DNA from: Malacoraja senta
Taxonomy: Eukaryota
Assembly (NCBI GenBank): GCA_038087875.1
Contig: CM075996.1
Coordinates: 8,000,001-8,064,000 of the forward strand
Length of the DNA stretch: 64,000 bases
Direction: 5' to 3'
This document shows, piece after piece, positions 1-11,825 of the stretch. The stretch's first letter is position 1. The number at the start of each line of letters is the position of its first letter. Under the pieces are notes generated by a model. The model had not been told where the DNA came from. It did no database searches and saw nothing but the letters and a program-made list of their open reading frames with translations. Made by a program: the position numbers and the translations under genes.

Positions 1-697
1 CTGGTTTGCCCTTTCTACAAGTCCGGCAGCCTGTGGTCAATAAGCACAGTGTAATTGCTGCTGGATCCCCAGCTGTTCACAACATTCTTTATTGATTTGT
101 CCAATAAAGTGTGGACCATTATCTGAGCAAAGTTAAATGGGAATGCCGAATCTAGGGACAATTTCTCTCATTAGCACCTTGATAACAGTAGCCGCTTTAT
201 TGTCAAGGGTTGGGTATGCTTCGATCCACCGGCTAAATAATTTGACTTGGACAAGAACATATTTATATTCTTGGCATCTTTCTAATTCAATACTAGACTA
301 AGTGAGACCCTTGTAGAAGAGCTGAGTCTGCTCCCTGCAATCATTTGAAGCTTTGGATCACCTTGCCTGCACTGTCAATTAATGCTAGGTGGCTATTCCA
401 CTGAAGAGCTACCTGTTCCTTCTGAAGATCCTGCTCAGCTTAAGCATCTCCACAGCCACCCCACAAGTCCACATTACGATGCATCCGTCTGGGAATTAAA
501 GCTCTATTGTAACTCCGATTACTTGCAATAAATGCTAATTTAACAACTGGGGAAAGACAGGAAAGTCTGCCATGGTCTGAAGTTTGACGCTACCAAAGTC
601 AGGTTCATTAACTCCTTCCAGTAACTCTGGAACTGTAGCCTTTTCACCGATTGCTGGAACATCACAGAAAGTGATGCAGCTAATTTTTGCATAGCAA

Positions 698-1036
698 AGA
701 TAGACACAAAAAGCTGGAGTAACTCATTGGGTCGGACAGCATCTCTAGAGAAAAGGAATAGGTGACGTTTCGGGTTGAGACCCTTTAGATAGTCAGAGGA
801 AAGGGAAACGAGAGATATAGAAGATAAATAAAATAAATGAATGAAAGATATGCAAAAAGTAACGATGTTCACTGATTCTTAGAACCAACAATGGTCCATT
901 GTTGGCTGTGGGGAAGGTGATAACGAGTGAAATTAAGTAGGACGACAGTGAAAGTAGTACGATGACTAGGGTGGGAGTGGGACGGAGAGAGAGGCAATAC
1001 AAGAGTTATTTAAAGTTGGAGAAATCAATATTCATA
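698..1036 (-). mobile_element. Penelope-like element 3' fragment
   Basis: Minus strand atgaatattgatttctccaactttaaataa (MNIDFSNFK*, end of the GIY-YIG ORF) followed by the repeat with a decayed hammerhead core. Confidence 0.6.
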
Positions 1037-1249
1037 ATAAAACTATGAGTCTGGTGCCACTCTGAACTCTGATCCTTCCCTTCCCACCTGGTCTGATTTT
1101 GGGAGTCCCACGGCCTCTGCTCAACCCTCGTGCATGTTTGAGGCAGGACAGCAGTAACTGGTGACCTGCTGAACGCTGCCGATCGGCCTGGCGAGCTTTG
1201 GTTCCTTCTGGTATCTCTGCCTCACTGTGCCCCCTGCCCCCTCTCTCAG

Positions 1250-1362
1250 GTGCTGGCCAAACACGTCATGAACGTGCACCTGAGCGCCCTGACGCAGACG
1301 CACGCCGTGGAGGGAGAGATCGAGCTCAACAAGCTGAAGAGATTCATCGCCTACTGTCGCTC
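1250..1362 (+). CDS. MCM5: MCM5 coding exon (fifth from last): [37 protein letters not shown](S)
   Basis: cag acceptor 1247-1249, gtgagt donor at 1363; translation matches the vertebrate MCM5 C-terminal AAA+ region; ends in phase 2, compatible with the next exon. Confidence 0.96.
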
Positions 1363-1691
1363 GTGAGTGGGGGGGACATCCGTCCAGAACTGGGGGGTGG
1401 GGGGGAGAGACTCTTTGCCCAGTGCCCCGACCTGCACGATGGCACAGATCAGTGAGGCCGGGGGGATTCGTGGCCTGTTGGGGAGGCTCCACTGTAGCCC
1501 CTGTGAATTCTACCATGATCAAGAGTGTTTAATTGGCTCTTGATCATGGTGGCATTCAAAGGGGAATGCATCAGGAACAGAATGTCTTTACATGCTGTGT
1601 TTAGTTTAGTCTAGAGATACGGCGTGGAAACAGCCCTTCGACCCACCGAGTCCACGCCGACCAGCAATCCCTGTACACTAGCCCGAAACTA

Positions 1692-1822
1692 CTTCTTGGG
1701 TTTGGCGTGCACAGCCTAAAGTTGTAAGTCAACTTGTTCTATTTGATCTTGTTTGTGCAAGTCGTGTTGATTGCATTAGTCGAAACAGGATGGACCACGT
1801 GAAGGTTGCAATCTCCCATCCC
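1692..1822 (-). mobile_element. Short non-autonomous retroposon with ribozyme head and (GAA)n tail (copy 1), inserted in a SINE in an MCM5 intron
   Basis: 12-bp TSD agcccgaaacta (1680-1691) / agccctaaacta (1823-1834); homologous to 32880-33020. Confidence 0.8.
1769..1822 (-). ncRNA. Minimal HDV/CPEB3-like ribozyme motif (copy 1)
   Basis: Minus strand GGGAUGG GA GAUUGCA ACC UUCACGU GGU CCAUCCU GU UUCGA CUAA UGCAAUC: P1 7 bp with G1.U, P2 7 bp, P3 3 bp, L3 UUCACGU, J4/2 CUAA. Confidence 0.8.
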
Positions 1823-2261
1823 AGCCCTAAACTACACACTAGGGACCATTTACAACTGAAGCAAATTAACCTACAAATCTAAAGGCCTTTGGCGTGTGGG
1901 AGGAAACCAGAGCACCTGGAGGAAACCCACGCAGTCACAGGGAGAGCATACAAACTGCACAGACAGCACCCGTGGACAGGATCAAACCCGGGTCTCTGGC
2001 TCTGTAAGGCAGCAACTCTACCACTGCGCCATCTTGCCGACTGATGAGGTGCATCAGACTGGATGTGATGCTCTTTGTGGGCAAATAGTTTGGCACTGCT
2101 CTCGACCGAGACTGGAACATGTATGTGATCACAGGGGGATCAGTCGGTGAGAGTGAGAGGTGGGGTGGGGATGGTCAGTGTGGGTTTAAAGGGGGGCTGT
2201 CGAGGAAAACTTGACTGGAATCACTACGGACCCTGTGTAATCCACCGTTTCCCCCCCACAG

Positions 2262-2390
2262 GAGGTGTGGTCCGAGGCTCTCGGCCGAGGCTGCGGAGAA
2301 GCTGAAGAACAAATACATCCTGATGCGTAGCGGAGCGCGGGAACACGAGCGAGAGCGTGACCACATCAGCAGCATCCCCATCACAGTCAG
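2262..2390 (+). CDS. MCM5: MCM5 coding exon: [42 protein letters not shown](R)
   Basis: cag/gtcagc splice sites; [14 protein letters not shown] and SSIPITVR are characteristic of MCM5; phases 2/2. Confidence 0.97.
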
Positions 2391-3468
2391 GTCAGCCTGG
2401 GGCTGGGGGTCAGGGACAGACAACTCATGCCCACCGAGTCCATGCTGACCATCCATCACCCATTCACACTCATTCTGTTATCTCACTGTCTAATCCACTC
2501 CCTACACACTAGGACCAATTTACAGAGGCCAATTAACCTACAAACCCGCACGTCATTGTGGTTTGGGAGGAAACCAAGGAGCTGGGCCGAAACCGGCGTG
2601 GTCACAGGGAGAATGTGCAAATTCCACACATGACGCACCTGAGGTCAGGATCATACCAAAGTCTGGAGCTATGAGGCAACAGCTCTACTGCTGTGCCACT
2701 GTGCTGCTCCCAATTTGTTCTGGATTGCATTGAGATTTGTGGAGTCAGACAGCACAAGTACAGGTCCTTCGGCTCAACCTCGGCCCAACCAAGATGCCCC
2801 ATCTGCACTAGTCCCACCTGCATGCGTTTGGCCCATTTCCCTCTAAACCTTCCCTTGTTTCCATCGGCCTGTCCAAATGCCTTTTAAATGTTCTACTACC
2901 TATAGAAACATAGACATAGAAAATAGGTGCAGGAGGAGGCCATTTGGCCCTTTGAGCCAGCACTGCCATTCATTGCGATCATGGCTGATCGTCCCCAATC
3001 AATAACCTGTGCCAGCCTTCTCCCTATATCCCTTGATTCCACTAGCCACTAGAACTCTCCCTTAAATCCATCCAGTGATTTGGCCTCCACTGCCCTCTGT
3101 GGCAGAGAATTCCACAAATTCACAACTCTCTGGGTGAAAAAGTTTTTTCTCATCTCAGTCTTAAATGACCTCCCCTTTATTCTAAGACTGGCCCCTGCTT
3201 CTGGACTCGCCCAACATTGGGAACATTTTTCCTGCATCTAGCTTGTCCAGTCCTTTTATAATTTTATATGTTACTATAAGATACCCCCTCATCCTTCTAA
3301 ACTCCAGTGAATACAAGCCTTTTCAATCTTTCCTCATATGACAGTCCCGCCACAGCATCCGCCGCTAGAACCTCCATGTCTGGCCCTGTGCGGCAACCGT
3401 TGACCTTCTGCACCGCTCCTTCCTCTCGTCGCCAACCCATCCCCCTCTTCCTCTCGTCCCCCTACCAG

Positions 3469-3611
3469 GCAGTTGGAAGCCATCATCCGAGCCTCGGAGT
3501 CGCTGGCCAAGATGAAGCTGCAGCCATTTGCCACGGAGCGCGACGTGGAGGAGGGGCTGCGACTCTTCCAGGTCTCCACGCTGGATGCGGCGATGTCTGG
3601 CAGTTTGGCCG
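3469..3611 (+). CDS. MCM5: MCM5 coding exon: [47 protein letters not shown]
   Basis: cag/gtgagt splice sites; completes the sensor-2 TVRQLEA motif; in frame with neighbours. Confidence 0.97.
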
Positions 3612-4503
3612 GTGAGTCATCACTGAGCGGGGGCTGCGCTTGGCTCCAGCACCGGAGAGCCAGCTTGTTCTGGGTGTGTTTCTAGAGGCCGCAGTGCTGG
3701 GAGGAGATGGTGGGAGGTCATGGATGGGATCCGTGGATCTCCAGTGAGTTTAGCTTAATTTAGAGATACGGTGTGGAAACAGGCCCTTTGGCCCAACGCA
3801 TCTTCGCTGACCAGCGATCCCTGCACGCTAACACCGTCCTACACAAACATAGAAAATAGGTGTAGGAGGAGGCCATTCGGCCCATCGAGCCAGCACCGCC
3901 ATTCATTATGATCATGGCTGATCACCCCCTATCAATAACCCATGCCTGCCTTCTCCCCATATCCCTTGACTCCACTAGCCCCTAGAGCTCTATCTAACTC
4001 TTTCTTAAATCCATCCAGTGATTTGGCCTCCACTGCCCTCTGTGGCAGGAAATTCCACAAATTCACAACTCTCTGGGTGAAAATGTTTTTTCTCACCTCA
4101 GTCTTAAATGACCTCCCCTTTATTCTAAGACTGTGGCCCCCTGGTTCTGGACTCGCCCAACATTGGGAACATTTTTCCTGCATCTAGCTTGTCCAGTCCT
4201 TTTGTCCAAACTAGGGACAATTTACAATTTTACCAAAGCCAATTAACCTATAAACCTGCATGTCCTTAGAGTGTGGGAGGAAACCGGAGCACCAGGGGAA
4301 AACCCACAGGGAGAACATGCAAACTCTGTACAGACAGCCCCCGTAGTCAGGATTGAACCACCGGTACCAACTCTAAGGCACCAACTCTTCCCCCGCTGTT
4401 GACGGACAAATCAAGAGCCTACAGCTGGGTGAGGGAACGGATTGGGGAACATCGGGGGTGGGGGGATGAACTCCCCGCCGTGACATTCTGCTGTTGTCCG
4501 CAG

Positions 4504-4631
4504 GTGTGGAGGGCTTCACCACGTCTGAGGACCAGGAGATGTTGTCTCGCGTCGAGAAGCAGCTGAAGCGACGCTTTGCCATTGGGTCGCAGGTATCCGA
4601 ACACAGCATCGTCCAGGATTTCCTCAAGCAG
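4504..4631 (+). CDS. MCM5: MCM5 penultimate coding exon: [43 protein letters not shown]
   Basis: cag/gtgggt splice sites; start of the winged-helix C-terminal domain. Confidence 0.97.
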
Positions 4632-5976
4632 GTGGGTTGGGACTATGCCTGGACAAGGGGCCGAATGGCCACCCTCTTAGCTGGTCAGTGGCGAGGGAGA
4701 AGCAGTTCAGGACTGATCACAGCCTGGGTGGAGCTGAGCTGGAGGACAACAGTGGTGGGCCGTGTCTGCTGTTTCCCTGGGGGGGGGGGCAGGAGTGGTT
4801 TTATCTGGTAGTTCTGGCTGCCCCCTGCCATGGGGTTACTGGGCTGAGACAGTGAGAGGCCGCTGCTGCTGCTTCTAGGGGACAGGAATGGTTTAAGCTG
4901 GCAATGCGGGTAAACCCCCTGCCCCAGGGTTACGGGGCTGGGTTGAGATCCCACCTGGAGTTGGGACAGAGCTGTGCTGGGTGCATTCCCTGAGGAGTAA
5001 TCGGCCACGAGCTGAAAGCAAACCCAGGCCTGAGACAATAGACAATAGGTGCATGAGTAGGCCCTTCGAGCCAGCACCGCCATTCAATGTGATCATGGCT
5101 GATCATCCCCAATCAGTACCACGTTCCTGCCTTCTCCCCATATCTCCTTTAAGAGCCTTATCTAGCTCTCTCTGAGGCGACAGAAGCCTTGGTGTGCAGA
5201 GAGCTGTGATCCGCAGAGCCCGAATCAACAACTGCTCGGCTGTTACTCTGGATGCAGGCAGTCTTTATATCAGACAGACAGCTTGTTACGGCAGGGTGCC
5301 CGGGTCAGAGGGGAGAACGGGAAGGAGGGTAGATGTTCCTGTGGCTGCAGTGCAGGAAGTGGGGACACCAAACTCCTCACCCAAAACATCACATATTCTA
5401 TTTTCTCCAGAGATGCTGCCTGACCTGCTGAGTTAAACCAGCTTTTTTTCTATGCCGATTAGTTTAGAGCTACAGCACGGAAACAGGATCTTCGGCCCAC
5501 CGAGTCCGCACCGTCCAGCGATGCCCATACACTCGCACTATCCAACACACCAGGGACAATTTACAATTTTGACCGAAGTAAATTAACCTACAAACCTGTA
5601 TATTGTTGGAGTGTGAGAGGAAACCGGAGCACCCAGGGAAAACTCACGGGAAGAGCTACAAACTCCGCACAGACAGCATCCGTAGTCAGGATTGAACCCG
5701 GGTCTCTGGCGCTGTAAGGCAGCAACTCTACCGCTGTGCCACCGTGCTGCTCCTAATGCTAGAATCTTGAGTGTGTAGGTAGGGACTGCAGATGCTGGTT
5801 TACACCGAAGATAGACACAAAATGCTGGAGTAACTGAGCTGGACAGGCAGCATCTCTGGAGAGAAGGAATGGGCGATGTTTCGGGTCGAGACTTCTTCAG
5901 ACTCGGTCTGCCTGTCCCGCTGAGTTACTCCAACACTCCTTTTCTCACCCTGCATGTTGTGTTCTACTCCACACAG

Positions 5977-6078
5977 AAATACCCCGAGCACGCCATCTAC
6001 AGGGTCCTTCAGCTGATGATGCGTCGGGGTGAGATCCAGCATCGGATGCAGCGCAAGGTGCTTTACCGGATCAAGTGA
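5977..6078 (+). CDS. MCM5: MCM5 last coding exon: [33 protein letters not shown]
   Basis: acacag acceptor; TGA 6076-6078; typical MCM5 C-terminus. Confidence 0.97.
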   Translation, partial: KYPEHAIYRVLQLMMRRGEIQHRMQRKVLYRIK

Positions 6079-6320
6079 TGCCCACAACCTGGCCCCAGAG
6101 TGCCCCCGTGATGCCCATGTGTGTGGCAGTACTGAGCTCTGTTGATGCCCAGCCACTCCCCGAGCATCACCCCCCTCCCTCTCCAAACCGCATAACTGGG
6201 GAGGGCTGAACAATAAACCAATTAACAGCAAGAGAGAGACGTAACTGTGTGTATTTAGTATCTTGACCTCAATGCGGACATTTTTTTGTACTAGAAGCAC
6301 GACTGCTTATGTATTTCCTT

Positions 6321-6326
6321 AATAAA
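6321..6326 (+). terminator. Probable MCM5 polyadenylation signal (AATAAA); an alternative AATAAA lies at 6212-6217
   Basis: AATAAA followed about 20-40 nt later by GT-rich cctgttcctgtgtttgtc. Confidence 0.6.
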
Positions 6327-6479
6327 GTTTTGCTTGGCAGAAAAACTCCTGTTCCTGTGTTTGTCAGCACCATTGCAGTGTTGTGGTTTATGATGCCTTC
6401 CCTCCCCTGGTCAATGCCGCTCCCTGCCCCACGGGTCTGACTCCTATGTGGGACCGTTTCAAACTTATCGCCACTCCTG

Positions 6480-6679
6480 NNNNNNNNNNNNNNNNNNNNN
6501 NNNNNNNNNNNNNNNNNNNNNNNNNNNNNNNNNNNNNNNNNNNNNNNNNNNNNNNNNNNNNNNNNNNNNNNNNNNNNNNNNNNNNNNNNNNNNNNNNNNN
6601 NNNNNNNNNNNNNNNNNNNNNNNNNNNNNNNNNNNNNNNNNNNNNNNNNNNNNNNNNNNNNNNNNNNNNNNNNNNNNNN
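6480..6679. other. Assembly gap (200 N)
   Basis: Run of exactly 200 N, probably a placeholder size. Confidence 0.99.
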
Positions 6680-9275
6680 CCCGACATTTGTACGTTCTCC
6701 CCATGATCTGCGTGGGTTTTCGACGAGATCTTCGGTTTCCTCCCACACTCAAAGGACGCACAGGTATTGGCTTGGTAAATGTAAAAATTGTCCCTAGTGT
6801 GTGTAGGATAGTGTTAATATGCGCAGACCGTTGGTCAGCACGGACCCGGTGGGCCAAAGGGCCTGTTTCCAAAACTAAACCATCTGTAAACTGTAGAGAG
6901 TACTGTATCTCTAAACTAAAATTGCTGGAGTAACACAGCGGGTCAGTTCTAAACTATGACCCTTCCCCATAGAGCTCCTACAATACGTGTAGGAAGGAAC
7001 TGCAGATGCTGGATTACACCGAAGCTATAGACACAAACGCTGAGGAGTAAGTTAGCGGGTCAGGTCAGCATCTCTGGAGAAAAGGTGAGTGACGTTTCAG
7101 ACTGAAGAAGGGTCTCAACCTAAGGTCATCCAATTCCTTTTCTCCAGAGATGCTGCCTGACCCGCTGAGTTACTCCAGCATTTTGTGTCTATCACAGATT
7201 CAATTGTCTTTTTGTTGCAAGGAACTATTCATATATGAAGGGCTTTGGGATTGGGCTAAGTACCAAAGTGCACAGCAAAAGTGAAACAGTAAGACTGGGG
7301 TCCTCCCAGCTTGCCAAAATCAAGCAAGGCCCACAAGCCATTAAACTACACCGACCAAAAGATGTATAGGAAGGAACTGCAGATGCTGGGGTTAAGCCGA
7401 AGATAGACACAAAATGCTGGAGTAACTCAGCGGGACAGGCAGCATCTCTGGAGAGAAGGAATGGGTGATGTTTCAGAGTTACTCCAGCATTTGTGTCAAA
7501 CTGCCAACCAAAAGATCGTGGGTTAATCTGCAGACTCTGGTAGTTGATTATGTCCAGTCAGAACAATGATAGAAATGGATAGATGTGGTGAGTTTTGCAC
7601 TAAGGGAACAAGTCGAGTTTAGTTTGGAGATTCGGCATGGAAACAGGCGCTTCGGCCCACCGAGTCCATGCTAACCTATTGATCACCTGTTCCCACTATT
7701 GTTTGTACGTCATGTGTGTGTTTGTGTCTTGTGATCTGTTTGTGGTTTTTGTTTACATGGTGGCAGTAACTTGTCGGGGTGAATTTTTTCTCCAACGGCT
7801 TAATAAATCTGCAGAGAGTTGCTGGAGGAAACTCAAATTGCTTGAGCCTTTCTCACTGCAGTTAAAAAGGCTAGCGTTTGTTGCATTATTCTGCGCAAAC
7901 ATAACAGAAATAGGAGTCAAGTGTTGGTGTAAAGCCCACTAGCCTGCTCCACCACCCTTTACCAGGGCAACTATTTTCTCAACATGTATTTTACCAAGCT
8001 CCCACCCAACTCTATATTAGACTTTAGACTTTACTTTAGACTTTGGAGATACAGTGTGGAAACAAGCACTTCAGCCCACCGAGTCTGCGCTGACCAGCGA
8101 TCGTCATGTACACTTACACTATCCTACACACTAGGGACAATTTACAATTTACAGAAGCCAATTAACCGACAAAGCTCTACGTTTTGGGGGTGTGAGAGGA
8201 AACTGGAGCAGCCGGAGAAAACCAACACGGTCACAGGGAGAATGTACAAACTCTGTACAGACAGCACCCGTAGTCAGGATCGAACCTGGGCCTCTGGCGC
8301 TGTGAGGCAGCAACTCTACTGCTGCGCCTGTAATTTCATATGCTTCGGTAAAATTACTTCTCATTCTCTTAAATTCCAGTGAGTCTAAGCCCAGTTTAGT
8401 CAACTTTAATCAGTTTAGCCAATTTTGTTTCAAAACTTGTCTTAGTCAGGGTTGCACAGTGGTTCGGCTGGAAGAGCTGCCACCTCATGGCGCCAGAGAC
8501 TTGGGTTCGATTCTGACCTTGGGTGCTTACTGCATGGAGTTTGCACGTTCTCCCTGTAACCACATGGGTTTCCTCTGGGTGCTCCGGTTTCCTCCACATA
8601 CCAAGGATGTTCGGGGTTGTAGGTTGGTTGGTTGGCAACATTTGCTATTTTTTTTGAGGGGACAGTCTAGTTTGTTTAGAGATACAGCACGGAACAGGCC
8701 CTTCGGCCCACGCCGACCAGCGATCCCTATTATCCCACACACACCAAGGACAATTTACAATTTTTTCCCGATGCCAATTAACCTACAAACCTGTACGTCT
8801 TTGGGGTGTGGGAGGAAACCGGGGCTCCCGGAGTAAACCCATGGGGTCATATTGAGAACGTACAAATTCGTACAGACAGAACCGGTGGTTTTCTCCGGGT
8901 GCACCGGTTTCCTCCCACACTCCAAAGACGTACAGGTTTGTAGGTTAATTGGCTTGGTAAAAAATTGCATATTGTCCTTAGTATGTGTGGGATAATATGT
9001 GTACGGGGATAGCTGGTCGGCAGGGACATGGTGGTCCGAAGGACAATAGACAATAGGTGCAGGAGTAGGCCATTTGGCCCTTCGAGTCAGCACCGCCATT
9101 CAATGTGATCATGGCTGATCATCTGATCATGGCTGAAGGGACAGCACCCGTAGTCAGGATTGAACCCGGGTCTCTGGCGCTGTAAGGTAGCAACTCTACC
9201 GTGCCGCCCCGCTCCCTTTCAACAAGTTGCAGCTTGCTGTGTTTGCAATGCTAATATTATTTATCTTGCCCGCAG

Positions 9276-9419
9276 GGGAAGAACGGGATTCAGGTGTGGA
9301 TGCGGCCACTGTCCCTGTCGACTATGGCCATCGCTTTCTTCAGCCAGCGCACTGACATGCCTTACCATTACACCACGTCTCTCAGCCAGCTCAACATCAC
9401 TGCTCCAAAGATGTTCTCG
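9276..9419 (+). CDS. NAGA: Alpha-N-acetylgalactosaminidase penultimate coding exon: GKNGIQVWMRPLSLSTMAIAFFSQRTDMPYHYTTSLSQLNITAPKMFS
   Basis: cgcag/gtgagt splice sites, 144 nt, phase 0/0; the MRPLS...FFS.RTDMPY.Y..SL.QLN pattern matches the GH27 C-terminal beta domain of NAGA better than GLA; not in the ORF track in this frame. Confidence 0.9.
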
Positions 9420-10634
9420 GTGAGTGCGACCCACCTCTGGATGTAGCAAGTGTGCAACACAGAGATGAAACGCTGTTGTCAGTATCGAGGGGCCCGAACC
9501 ACGGTGAATGATCCCTAAGCCAGGGTTAGTGATGGAAGATAGCTGCTATTCCAAGAGGAATTCTGGTGGAGCACTCTATTATCATTTATGTTTAGTTTAT
9601 TGTCACGTTTACCGAGGTACAGTGAAAAGCTTTTGTTGCGTGCTAACCAGTCAGCAGAAAGATAATCCACGATTACAATCGAGCCATTTACAGTGTATAG
9701 GGTTACATGAGAAGGGAATAATGTTTAATGCAAGATAGAGCCGGTGAAGTCTGATCAAAGATAGTCCCGAGGGGTCACCAAGATAGCAGTTCAGGACGGC
9801 TCTCTTGTTGTGGTAGGATGATTCAGTTGTTTGAAAGATTGATCTGGTGATTTGGTGGTGAATCTGTGGAATTCTTTGCCACGGAAGGCTGTGGAGGCCA
9901 AGTCAGTTGATATTTTTTAGGCGGAGATAGATGGATTCTAGATTAGTGCAGGTGTCAGAGGTTATGGGGAGAAGGCAGGAGAATGGGTTAGGAGGGAAAG
10001 ATAGATAGATCAGCCATGATTGAATGGCGGAGTAGACTTGACGGGCCTAATTCTACTCCTATTCCTTATTAGAGACTAGAACAAGAGGCTCTATCACTTG
10101 GAGTAATCGAGTACAATTGATGCCTGCAAGGGGAAAGGGATAAGCACGGACGAGAAAGGAACAGGAGGTTGTTCTCAAGAGATGGGTTGGTAGGGAGGAA
10201 CTGCAGATGCTGGTTTGTACCGAAGATAGACACAAATGCTTGAGCAATTCAGCGGGTCAGGCAGCATCTCTGGAGAAAGGGAATAGGTGACGTTTCGGGT
10301 TGAGACCCCTCTTCAGACTGAACCCTGAGCATCTGGGGGGGGGGGGGGGGGAACAGGGTGTAATGGCAATTTCCAATTCTTACCGTGTCCAACTTTTCGT
10401 TGCCATGACTACACAGGTAAGTAGGAGTGATCTTACGCAGACCAAAAGAACAGATTTTCCAACCGTTATTTCCAATCTTTATTGAAGTAGTTGTACAAAC
10501 AGAGAGATGAACGTACCAGGTTCTCTTATTCTCTAACAGGTTTTAGCTTTTTGTCTTCCCCTATCTGGTGAGCAATGTGTACCCTCCACCTCCTGTGCCT
10601 GGTCTGATCACTCCCTGTCCCCTATGCCCATATG

Positions 10635-10708
10635 CAGGCACGGAAATCGCTATCAAATCATGGGGGAGACCGGGGGACACACAATTTCTTGGCGGCCGCA
10701 TGCGCACA

Positions 10709-10746
<38 letters not shown>

Positions 10747-11643
10747 ACCCCCCCCCCCACACGCACGCACACAAGCGAGCAAGGCTTCGGAGGCTTCAGC
10801 CGTGGGCCCTGTGGACGGTAATTATGGGAATGACGGCCCAGGCCTACGGGCCAGCGCAGAGAAGCAGCACTAAATGCAGCTCAACTCTACTGGTCTCGCC
10901 GGGTTAACCTACAGCCCTGCCTGGACTGACGGGACACCAGCCTGGAGCCGTGGAGCTGGCGTTGCTTCTCCGTGCTGGCTGTAAGCCTGCATTGTCGTTC
11001 CCGCAAGTCCAGGCAGGGCTGTAGGTTAACCTGGCGGGACAGGCAGAGTTGAGCTGGGTTTAGCGCTGCTTCTCTGCGCTGGCTGTGGGCCTGGGGCACC
11101 GCTCCCGTCTGACTCCCGACGTCTCTGGCCACTCTCCGGCGTGTGCGGGGGGGGGGGGGGGACCTCAGGTGGGGACGGGGATGGTCCAATGGCGGTTCGG
11201 CAGCGATTGCAGCGCTGGAGACCCGGGATCGATCCTGGCTGCGGATGAGGCACAGGTCTGTGTCCAGGGCTGCCGAGAGTGTTTTGCGCTTGACCTGGGC
11301 ACGCGATTCAAGCTCCACTCTATGATCCTTGCTCCACCAGGACGTCTCCCTCCTCCAATCACCGCGCTCTATCCTCAGCCCCCCCCCACCTCCGCCTCTA
11401 ACCAACACCTCCCTCCTCCAATCATCGCGGTGAATCATCATGTCCCGCCCCCATTGCCTGCTGACTGACGTCTCTCTCGTCTAATCGGCGCCCTCGATCA
11501 GCAGTCCCACCCCCACTGTCTCGTGGAAAGCGGAGATTTCACCGAGTTTTAAAATCCGGATTACAAAAAATGGGGGGGATCGTCCCCCACCTCTCAAACA
11601 GGGGGGGACGTGTCCCCCCTCCCCCCCTGGATTTTCACCCCTG
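10635..11643. mobile_element. Possible old hAT-like non-autonomous element, GC-rich, with an internal hairpin
   Basis: Imperfect termini caggcacggaaatc / gattttcacccctg; subterminal gggggac/gtccccc motifs; no clear TSD. Confidence 0.45.
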
Positions 11644-11825
11644 CATGTTATGCCCCTCTATGCATCAAATCACCGCCCCCAAGTGTCCAAAATAATACTG
11701 CTAGAAATATCTAGACAAAATAATATAATATGCCAACAGTAGCTAGCCTAAACATAAATGGCTCCTACACAGGGAGAATGTGAAAACTGCAGCAGACAGT
11801 ACCAGGGGCCAGGATTGAACCCTTT

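Noticed and set aside
10360..10424. Strong donor-like caggtaagt and an RFX-like gttgccatgactac in the NAGA intron
   Set aside because: No convincing acceptor or homologous frame; the flanking NAGA exons already join in phase
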